DNA of 27,614 nucleotides from Nitrososphaerota archaeon (GCA_033581555.1 JAVQSZ010000003.1:90704-118317); one strand, 5' to 3'; shown: positions 9,586 through 17,058, counted from the first letter of the stretch. The notes: generated by a model not told the origin, from the sequence alone. Translations and numbers: made by a program.

Positions 9586-10345
9586 CTACGTAAGCCCTGA
9601 CAACTCTCATGTCCTTGAACACCTCCTGCGGTCTTCCCTCCGCGATCTTCATACCCCTGTCCATTACCATGACCGTATGGGAGAGGTCTTTAACTACGCT
9701 CATGTCATGTTCGACCAAAATTATCGTGATTCCCCTTTCTTCATTGATGTCTATGATATACCTACACATGTCCTCCTTCTCTTCTATGCTCATACCAGAC
9801 ATCGGCTCGTCTAACAGTAGGAGTTCTGGTTCCAAAGCAAGCGCCCTGCCTAACGCAACACGCTTCTGAATGCCTATCGGTAAGGCTCCCGCAGGAAACT
9901 TCCTGTACTTCTCTAGATTCAAGAAATCTATAATTTCTTCTACAATTGCTCTATTCCGTACTTCCTCGTGTTTTGCAGGCCCTATGAAGAGTGCACATAA
10001 GATAGGATTTGCGTTCATCTTAATGTGCCTGCCCGTCATTATATTATCAATGACTGACATACTCCTGTAAATTTCGATACCCTGAAACACCCTTGCGATG
10101 CCGATTTGTGCTCTCTTGTGTGGCGACAAATCAGTTATTTCTCTGCCGTTAAAAATTATCCTTCCCCTCTGTGGTTTGTAAAAGCCGTTTATACAGTTTA
10201 GAACTGAGGTCTTACCAGCGCCGTTTGGACCTATGATCGAGTAGATCTGCCCCGACGGAACCCTGAAGCTTAGGTTCTGAACCGCCGTGACCCCTCCGAA
10301 GCTGAGGTTCAAGTCGATGACCTGAAGGGTGTATTCACCGCTCAT
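9569..10345 (-). CDS. livG: LIV-type ABC transporter ATP-binding protein, LivG-like
   Basis: FGGVTAV, IGPNGAGKTS, GIARVFQ, LLLLDEPMSGM, VEHDM, RAYVG. Confidence 0.93.
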   Translation of the reverse strand: MSGEYTLQVIDLNLSFGGVTAVQNLSFRVPSGQIYSIIGPNGAGKTSVLNCINGFYKPQRGRIIFNGREITDLSPHKRAQIGIARVFQGIEIYRSMSVIDNIMTGRHIKMNANPILCALFIGPAKHEEVRNRAIVEEIIDFLNLEKYRKFPAGALPIGIQKRVALGRALALEPELLLLDEPMSGMSIEEKEDMCRYIIDINEERGITIILVEHDMSVVKDLSHTVMVMDRGMKIAEGRPQEVFKDMRVVRAYVGESVA

Positions 10346-10793
10346 TCATCATCCACCTCTCTCCGCCCGATCGGTCCGGGAGACGTAATGAGTCGGTGAC
10401 AACGTAGGTCCTCCGGCGACTGGCACTACGGAAGCGATCAACAACTGCGATCTTCTAAACGGCGTGAGGCCCTCGTGAATTACCCACCTTTCACGCTCAC
10501 CGGCCTGCATCGGAATTACATCGCCGCCGGAGGCTGCAGAGCGAGATGTCGCTAATTCCGCAATGGTCCGCACGACGGACCGGGACATCATCGCTAACCC
10601 GCAATGATAGGGAGATAGCACCAAAGCCTCGCGAAAGGTCTTTTTGTACCTCCGATATTAATGTTTCACTCTTCCATTTATCATCGAGATAAGGTGAACT
10701 CGGGAATCCGCAAACAGGGGCCGGAGCCCCAGATGGAGGTTCACCGCGTCGCGCTCAATCCGCCCTCCCACCATTTCGCCCTGCACGAAAGGG

Positions 10794-11807
10794 TCAGTAT
10801 CCGGCGAAGCAGGTTATGAACTCCTCCCACCACTTCGCGGACGGATCGTAAGGGCTGTAAAGCATCACACTGTCGGCCATCCCGTCGTACCTCCTCTTGA
10901 TCTCACGTGCGACCTCGTCGGGCTCGCCCTCGAGGGCGAACTCGGTGAAGACTTCGTCGGTCACCAGGTTCTGCATCTCCCGCCACTTCCCCTTGAGCGA
11001 GAGCTCGTGAAGACTTTCGGAAAGGTCCCCCAACCCGCTCGCCTCGAGCACGCCCCGATAGGTCCTCGTCGAGGCGTAGAAGGCGATCTGCGACCTCAGT
11101 TGCTCCTTGGCCCGTTCTATCTCCTCTCGGTCCTTCCCGACTGCGGCGAACGCAGGAACAGTGACGTCGACGTCTTCTCTGCTCCGGCCAGCGGACTCGA
11201 GTCCCTTCTTCAGGGAGGGCAGTACGACCTCCTTCAGGTACTTCAGGCTATGGAAGGGGTGGACCATCAATCCCTGACACAGAAGGCCCGCGAGCTTGAC
11301 CATTGCCTTGTTGACTCCCGCCAGATAGATCGGGATCTCGGGGCGCTCTATGGGGCCGGGGTCGAAGAACGGAGTCATCAGGCTGATCCTATAGAACTTC
11401 CCCTCGTATCGCAACGGTTCGCCGTATTGCCAGCAACTCCAGACCGCCCTTATCGCCTCTATCGTCTCCTTCATCTTCGCGATGGGCGACTCCCACTTCA
11501 TCCCGAACCTCCGCTCGATGTGGCCCTTCACCTGGCTGCCGAGACCGAGGACGAACCGGCCGCCGCTAAGGGCCTGGAGGTCCCACGCGGCGTAGGCGAG
11601 AGCAGTCGGGCTCCTCGCGAACGCAACGGTTATGCCCGTTCCGACGACCGACCTCTCGGTATGCTGGATCACGACCGAGGCCTGTATCAGCGAGTCGTGC
11701 GAGGTCTCGCTGACCCAGAGCGTGTGAAAGCCCGCGCCGTCTGCTGCACGTGACAAAGTAGCCAACTTCCTGATGTCGTCTGCGTGAATGATGGCGTCCA
11801 AGTCCAT
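10794..11807 (-). CDS. LLM-class (luciferase-like) probable F420-dependent oxidoreductase, TIGR03617-like
   Basis: SETSHD, GTGITVAFARSP, AWDLQALSGGRFVLGLGSQVKGHIERRFG, MTPFFDPGP, HPFHS, QIAFYAST. Start re-called to ATG 11807 because GGAGGT RBS precedes it. Confidence 0.88.
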   Translation of the reverse strand: MDLDAIIHADDIRKLATLSRAADGAGFHTLWVSETSHDSLIQASVVIQHTERSVVGTGITVAFARSPTALAYAAWDLQALSGGRFVLGLGSQVKGHIERRFGMKWESPIAKMKETIEAIRAVWSCWQYGEPLRYEGKFYRISLMTPFFDPGPIERPEIPIYLAGVNKAMVKLAGLLCQGLMVHPFHSLKYLKEVVLPSLKKGLESAGRSREDVDVTVPAFAAVGKDREEIERAKEQLRSQIAFYASTRTYRGVLEASGLGDLSESLHELSLKGKWREMQNLVTDEVFTEFALEGEPDEVAREIKRRYDGMADSVMLYSPYDPSAKWWEEFITCFAGY

Positions 11808-12070
11808 CGACTCGACCTCCTGCCGGTGGAGTCCGGGTTCTGGACTTAACGGTTGCTCCACAGATACCCGAAGGGCGCGGCCCGGTTGGGGCATGATCGG
11901 GAAGCCGTTCGGGGACCACATGGGCCAGCTGCACGCCGTCACGATTGCCTCCTCTCACCTATGTCATACTGAGTACCGGGTCGGCTCGGCTCTTCCCTCC
12001 TCACAGGTCAGTCTGGAGCGACCGGCCTCATCCCCACATCACGTTCCCTCGGCGACTTAATGTGGTTTCG

Positions 12071-12078
12071 TTTATAAC
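12071..12078 (+). promoter_or_regulatory. TATA box of tRNA-Val
   Basis: TTTATAAC 23-30 nt upstream of the mature tRNA 5' end. Confidence 0.7.
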
Positions 12079-12100
12079 TAGGCGAGACGCCCGTCAGGAA

Positions 12101-12172
12101 GGGGCCGTGGTCTAGAGGTATGACGCCGCCCTGACGCGGCGGAGGTCGCCGGTTCGAGTCCGGCCGGCCCCA
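12101..12172 (+). tRNA. tRNA-Val(GAC), no intron, CCA not encoded
   Basis: Acceptor GGGGCCG/CGGCCCC plus discriminator A; anticodon arm CCGCC-CTGACGC-GGCGG; T arm GCCGG-TTCGAGT-CCGGC. Confidence 0.97.
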
Positions 12173-12258
12173 ATTCGCTTATGGATTGGAGGAGCTGAGT
12201 CGGTCTATTACGGATAAATATCGAGGCCTGAGAGAGGCCAATGGAGGTGATGTAGGTC

Positions 12259-13218
12259 GTGGCGTCGGCGGTAGGGGTGTCGCTGCTCAAGCTCAGGCTG
12301 ACGATGGCGACCGTATGGTTCGCGGTCTTCGGGGCCGCGGCGCTGATACTCACGGCGATAATCCTCTACCTCGGGCTGCCCACGTTTTACGTCTACGGAG
12401 TTATCGGCTTCGTGTTGGTCTTGAACCTCCTCCAATGGCTCTTCGGGCCCTACGTGATAAATGCGGTCTACCACGCGAGGCCAGCTGATCCGGTCTCCGA
12501 GGGTTGGCTCTATGAGTCCGTCAGGAACCTAGCACAGCGCAGCGGCCTCTCGAGGGAGCCGAAGGTCATGGTCGCCGAGATGGACCTCCCCAACGCCTTC
12601 GCGTACGGCAGCCCGTTGACGGGACCGATGGTCGCGGTGACTCGTGGGATCCTGAGGAGGCTTCCCCGCGACGAGCTGGAGGCGGTCCTCGCCCATGAGG
12701 TCGGACACCTGAAGCACAGGGACGTCGTGGTGATGCTGATGATCAGCCTTCTTCCCGCGATCATCTACTACATCGGATACTCCCTTTACATGTCCGGAGT
12801 AATAGGAGGAGGCAGGAGGAACGGAGGCGCCTACGCCCTGCTCGCGGGGCTAGCCCTAATCGCCCTGAGCTTCGTCTTCAACATCTTCGTCTTCCTGATG
12901 AGCAGGCTCAGGGAGTACTACGCGGACTCGCACGCGGCGCTGGTGGTCCAAGACGGCGCGAGGAAGCTCCAGAGGGCGCTGGTCAGGATAATGGCCTTGA
13001 CTGGTAGGGTGAGGCCCGAGGAGCGCGTGAAGTCTGAGACGCTGAAGATGTTCTTCATCTCAGACCCCGAGGCGTTCATCGACCCCGACGTGAACGTCGA
13101 CGCGGTGATCGAGAGGCTCCGGAGGACCAGGCCGGGCCCGCTGGCTGACCTCTTCAGCACGCATCCGCATCCGGCGAAGAGGATACAGCACCTCGACAGG
13201 TTCATCGGCGCCTATTGA
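12259..13218 (+). CDS. htpX: Membrane zinc metalloprotease HtpX (M48)
   Basis: PNAFAYG, AVLAHEVGH (HExxH), SRLREYYAD, FSTHP; TM segments; GGAGGTGA RBS. Confidence 0.95.
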   Translation: MASAVGVSLLKLRLTMATVWFAVFGAAALILTAIILYLGLPTFYVYGVIGFVLVLNLLQWLFGPYVINAVYHARPADPVSEGWLYESVRNLAQRSGLSREPKVMVAEMDLPNAFAYGSPLTGPMVAVTRGILRRLPRDELEAVLAHEVGHLKHRDVVVMLMISLLPAIIYYIGYSLYMSGVIGGGRRNGGAYALLAGLALIALSFVFNIFVFLMSRLREYYADSHAALVVQDGARKLQRALVRIMALTGRVRPEERVKSETLKMFFISDPEAFIDPDVNVDAVIERLRRTRPGPLADLFSTHPHPAKRIQHLDRFIGAY

Positions 13219-13250
13219 CGCGAAGGCTTACGGATCGCAGCTCTACGAGA

Positions 13251-13730
13251 CTACTGTCCCGAGGGCTCCCGCAGTAGTTCCGGCCTCCGCCTGAAGAGCT
13301 CTAGGACCTCGACCAACCTCTTCAAGGTAAGAGCGCTCAGCCCGTGCTCCAGGTATTCGGCCTCGGCCTCGGCGACCTCCTCCGGGACCCCCAGGACCCT
13401 CAAGAGCTCAACCAGGACGTCGTGCCTGCGTAGGACCTCCGATGCCAGCCTCCGGCCGCTTTCGGTGAGCACGAAGCCCCTGTACCGCTCGTAGCTGATG
13501 TATCCGAGCTCGTGGAGCCTCTTGAGCATCTTAGTCACGGCGGGGAGCTTGACGTTCAGGTGCGAGGCGACGTCTGATGAAGTGGCGTAGCCCTTCACCC
13601 TCTCCAGCGCGTAGATCACCTCAAGGTAGTCCTCGACGTCCGGCTGGTGCTTCCTCCCGGCACGTCTTACCCGCTTGATCTGCTGGAGGATCGCGGCCTC
13701 CCTGCCAGCCTCGCCCCCCAAATCACGCAT
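13251..13730 (-). CDS. DtxR/MntR-family metal-dependent transcriptional regulator
   Basis: EDYLEVIY, HTH (SDVASHLNVKLPAVTKML), LTESG, RRH, EAEAEYLEH. Confidence 0.9.
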   Translation of the reverse strand: MRDLGGEAGREAAILQQIKRVRRAGRKHQPDVEDYLEVIYALERVKGYATSSDVASHLNVKLPAVTKMLKRLHELGYISYERYRGFVLTESGRRLASEVLRRHDVLVELLRVLGVPEEVAEAEAEYLEHGLSALTLKRLVEVLELFRRRPELLREPSGQ

Positions 13731-13784
13731 ACCGCGATGACCCGCTATATCTCCGTTGGTCGAATCCCGAGTCTGTAGGAGGAA

Positions 13785-14552
13785 TCAGAAGTAGCCGTAA
13801 AGCGTCAGGAGTAGCGAGGGGACGAAGAGCGAAGCCCAAGCTCTCCTGCTGTAACTGAAGACCTTCAATCCATCGAGGGGCCCGAACGGCAACAAGTTGA
13901 ACAGGGCGAGGAACGAGTTGAGGGCGCCCACCACGAAGACCACCCTACCTAAGGGAGATGCGGGCGAAGCGAGCTGCAGCACCAGGGACGAAGCGTAGCA
14001 GACCAGCGCGATCGCGATGTTCGACGTCGGGCCGACGGCCGCGATCCTCGCCAGCGCCCTCGCGCTCGGGATTCCGAGGACGTTCACCGCACCAGGGGCT
14101 ATGACCTTCAGCGGCGAGAAGACCGAGAGGAGCGTCAGGAGCGCGCCGATCGGGGAGAGCTTGAAGACGGCTGAGTACCCGAGCCTCTGGGCCTCGTACT
14201 TGTGGGCCAGCTCGTGAACGAGGAAGGAGGCCGTGAAGGCCCCGACCGCGAGGGCGAGGTGCGGCAGGTCCGTCCACCCGGTCCTGAGGAGCGTGAAGCC
14301 CACCGCGGTGACGAGCGCGGAGCCGATAGCAAGGTTCGCGGCCTCCGAACCGCTCAGCCTCATCGCGACCCTCTCCGGCCTCCTCTCGCGGACAACCGAC
14401 TCGACGCGCTCGATCTCGATCGGCGACCTCGCGAGGTGTAGGTACTTGCAGCCGTGGGCCTCGGGGAGCCGGTGCTCCGCGCAGTGGTACTGCCCGCAGT
14501 AGGCGCACTTGAACGGGAGGACCTCCTCCTTGTCGCAGACGGCGCACCGCAT
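13785..14552 (-). CDS. AN1-type zinc finger fused to a site-2 protease (M50) domain
   Basis: CxxC-x6-FxCxxC-x3-CxxH-x4-HxC N-terminus; HELAH and NLLPFGPLDG M50 motifs; several TM helices. Confidence 0.88.
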   Translation of the reverse strand: MRCAVCDKEEVLPFKCAYCGQYHCAEHRLPEAHGCKYLHLARSPIEIERVESVVRERRPERVAMRLSGSEAANLAIGSALVTAVGFTLLRTGWTDLPHLALAVGAFTASFLVHELAHKYEAQRLGYSAVFKLSPIGALLTLLSVFSPLKVIAPGAVNVLGIPSARALARIAAVGPTSNIAIALVCYASSLVLQLASPASPLGRVVFVVGALNSFLALFNLLPFGPLDGLKVFSYSRRAWASLFVPSLLLTLYGYF

Positions 14553-14607
14553 GATGACGCCTACGTGACTCGTTCAGGTGAATATAAGGTGCTTAGGGAT
14601 CCAGGTT

Positions 14608-14697
14608 CCCTACGAGAGGACAAGGCTGGGGATATCGAGGACGTACCAGATCCCGCGGACCCTCCTTGACATGACCGTCACGGATGCCGCGAGGCTG
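14608..14697 (+). pseudogene. Short relic of a LivG-type ABC ATPase gene
   Basis: PYERTRLGISRTYQIPRTLLDMTVTDAARL matches the LivG Q-loop segment (PxxRxxxGIxRTFQxxRxFxxMTVxEN); no Walker A/B in frame around it. Confidence 0.55.
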
Positions 14698-14859
14698 ATC
14701 GATGGATCTGGCGCTCGTTCAGAGAGGTCCCACGGGTCTGACCCGCAAATCGGTCGTCGACTCTCGCGGGCTTCATGCGTCTTAGACGGGCAACTTGGGG
14801 CGCGACTCGCCGAGCGGTCGGAATCACTCATAAATTGGGAGGCGAGGGATGGGTGTAGG

Positions 14860-14961
14860 GCCGGGGTCCCATAGCGGCCATTGGGGCGGCCTGGAGCCCC
14901 GGAAGAACAGGAAGCCGCTGCCCCGATGAGGGGCGCGCGGGTTCGAGTCCCGCCCCCGGCG
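14860..14961 (+). tRNA. tRNA-Ser(GGA) with a 16-nt intron at position 37/38 (14897-14912)
   Basis: Acceptor GCCGGGG/CCCCGGC plus discriminator G; anticodon stem GCGGC/GCCGC; loop CTGGAG|intron|A; long variable arm GCCCC-GATGA-GGGGC; T arm GCGGG-TTCGAGT-CCCGC. Confidence 0.92.
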
Positions 14962-15075
14962 TCACGGTCGATCTCCGCCCCTCCGGCGCGACACACCTCT
15001 GGACCCGAGCTTGGTGGCTCTTCGACTAATTTCTAAATAAGACTGAGAGCACGCGGTCACAGGTGGCCCGAGCTT

Positions 15076-16170
15076 TTGGAGGCGACGAGGGAGGCCAAGC
15101 TGCTGGAGGAGTTCGGGCTGAACGAGCTCGAGCCCGGAGACCTCCCGATCGACCACCACTTCGTCAGGAGGAGGATAATCTTCTCCGCCAGGACGAAGGA
15201 GGAGCTCAGGGCCGCGATATCGCAGACCGGCTACTACGTCCTAACCGGGATAATGCCGTCCTCTGACAGGATACACCTCGGGACGATGGCGGTCGTCGAG
15301 GCCGTGAAGTGCTTCGCTGCGAAGGCCAAGTTCACGGTGCTCCTCGTCGCGGATCTAGAGTCCCTCGCAACTCGGAACGTGGGGCTCGAGGAGGGGAGGA
15401 GGATAGCCCTGGAGAACCACATCCCGACCTACCTGGCGCTGGGCATCGACCCAGAGAAGACCGTCTTCTACTTCCAGTCGGAGAACATAGACGTCCACAG
15501 GATAGCAGCTGACGCGGCGAGGGAGATCACGCTCAACGAGTTCAGGGCCGTCTACGGGAACGCCGAGCCCTCGAGGATCGTCTCGAGCCTTTACCAGATA
15601 GGTGACGTGCTCTTCCCTCAGCTCGCCTTCGACCTCCCGGGCGTCATCCCGGTCGGGCTTGACCAGGATCCGCACCTGAGGCTAGCGAGGGACTACGTCA
15701 GGAGGACCCCCTTCTTCAGGTTCAGGCCGATCATCGGCGCCTACATTAGGGACGTTCCCAGCCTTAGGGGCGAAGGGAAGATGAGCAAGAGCGACCCCTT
15801 CTCCGCGATCTTCATCCCCGAAGAGGACGCGGCAGAGCTGAGAAGGAAGGTCTTCAAGGCCTACTCAGGCGGAAGGGAGCCGATAGAGGTCCACAGGAGG
15901 CTCGGTGCGAACCTCGAGGTCGACGTGTCCTACCAGATTCTGAGGTTCCTCCTGAGGGACGACGCGGAGCTCGCGAGGATAACCGAGGAGTACGGGTCCG
16001 GGAGGATGTTGAGTGGCGAGATCAAGCAGTACCTTTTCGAGCTCCTCGCGGAGACTATGCGGGACCTGAGGGAGAGGATCGAACAGTACAGGGACCTCGT
16101 GAGGAGGGGAGGCGTGAAGTTCGTGAGGGACTCGAGGGAGTTGAGGGAAGCGGTCTCCACGATCTCCTGA
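15076..16170 (+). CDS. trpS: Tryptophan--tRNA ligase (archaeal type)
   Basis: TGIMPS...HLGT (HIGH-like), YFQSE, PVGLDQDPHLRLARD, KMSKS, AYSGGR, YGSGRMLSGEIK; start codon uncertain. Confidence 0.93.
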   Translation: MEATREAKLLEEFGLNELEPGDLPIDHHFVRRRIIFSARTKEELRAAISQTGYYVLTGIMPSSDRIHLGTMAVVEAVKCFAAKAKFTVLLVADLESLATRNVGLEEGRRIALENHIPTYLALGIDPEKTVFYFQSENIDVHRIAADAAREITLNEFRAVYGNAEPSRIVSSLYQIGDVLFPQLAFDLPGVIPVGLDQDPHLRLARDYVRRTPFFRFRPIIGAYIRDVPSLRGEGKMSKSDPFSAIFIPEEDAAELRRKVFKAYSGGREPIEVHRRLGANLEVDVSYQILRFLLRDDAELARITEEYGSGRMLSGEIKQYLFELLAETMRDLRERIEQYRDLVRRGGVKFVRDSRELREAVSTIS

Positions 16171-16179
16171 AGGGAGCGA

Positions 16180-16608
16180 TCAGGGGATCGAGTCGAGCGG
16201 CGTCGGGTTTTCCCTCTCGATGTAGGTCACGTGACGGAGCTCGCCGTTCACCCTGACCATGTGCTTGGAGGACTTCGGGGGGAGCTTCATTCCGGTGAGC
16301 GCGGCCCTCAGCACGTCCTCCTTCGTGACCGGGGGCTTGTTGTCCCAGGGCTCGACGACGATCTCCTCGCTCGAGTAATCGATTAGGTATGCGGGGATGT
16401 AACGCTTCCCGAGCCTCTTCATGCAGTTGTACCGGTGGTGGCCGTCGATGATGGTCATCGTCCGCGCGTCGACCAGTATCGGCCTCTTCAAGGCGCCGTC
16501 CCTCACGATCTCCCGCAGCAGCTCCTCGAGGTGCGCCGGGTCGTACTGCTCGTGCTCCCTGAGCTCGTCGAGCCTCATCAGCTTGGGTCCGGATATCGGG
16601 GTCTCCAA
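16180..16608 (-). CDS. ParB/sulfiredoxin N-terminal-like domain protein (short SerK-like)
   Basis: HEQ, RPILVD, IIDGHHR, DY...W, TKEDV, PPKSSKH. Confidence 0.8.
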   Translation of the reverse strand: METPISGPKLMRLDELREHEQYDPAHLEELLREIVRDGALKRPILVDARTMTIIDGHHRYNCMKRLGKRYIPAYLIDYSSEEIVVEPWDNKPPVTKEDVLRAALTGMKLPPKSSKHMVRVNGELRHVTYIERENPTPLDSIP

Positions 16609-16748
16609 GTCGGGCCGTCGCCGAAATGGCCCGAATTTAACCTAGTCCCGGTCACGAAGCGCAACAAATAAAATCGGAGTGTCCGGACGATGCATACGTC
16701 GCGACCCCCTACGGAGGCGGGTCCCTCCGTCCGGCTGTATGGACCTAC

Positions 16749-16958
16749 TCACGACCCCTCCTTGCTTGAGAGCCACCACGTCAGGTAGTCGTCCTTCCAC
16801 CGCTTGGCCCTCTCGACCCTCTCCCGCTCGGCCCTTGCGCGCTCGGCCGCCTCGAGCAGCTGTTGGGGGCTCATCACGGCGCCGCAGGAGGTGCAAGAGT
16901 ACACCTTCGAGGACCGCTCGTAGACCATCGTCCCGCCACACTCGGGACAGACCCGCAT
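16749..16958 (-). CDS. Small zinc-ribbon protein with a charged helical tail
   Basis: CPECGG-x10-YSCTSCG; host-like codons; AT-rich TTTAAA element upstream (16987-16992). Confidence 0.7.
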   Translation of the reverse strand: MRVCPECGGTMVYERSSKVYSCTSCGAVMSPQQLLEAAERARAERERVERAKRWKDDYLTWWLSSKEGS

Positions 16959-17058
16959 GCCAGGGGCTCATATCCGACGCTGTGGATTTAAACGTGATCC
17001 CCCAGAAGCTCCATCAGTCGAGCGAGCGGCTTCGAAAGGACCTCCGCCCGCAGGCCGA

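Noticed and set aside
10349-10624. 91-aa ORF upstream of livG
   Set aside because: No recognisable motifs or coding-like composition; may be leader or decayed DNA
11808-11942. 45-aa N-terminal extension of the LLM oxidoreductase in the ORF track
   Set aside because: Family similarity begins at MDLD (11807), which has its own GGAGGT RBS
12005-12045. C/D-box sRNA on the minus strand (GTGATGT...GGATGA...CAGA-CTGA)
   Set aside because: Boxes are degenerate and the spacing does not give two guide regions
2659-12172. Integrative element with att sites in tRNA-Val
   Set aside because: The block lies 5' of the tRNA; I found no duplicated tRNA fragment at the far boundary and no integrase or transposase
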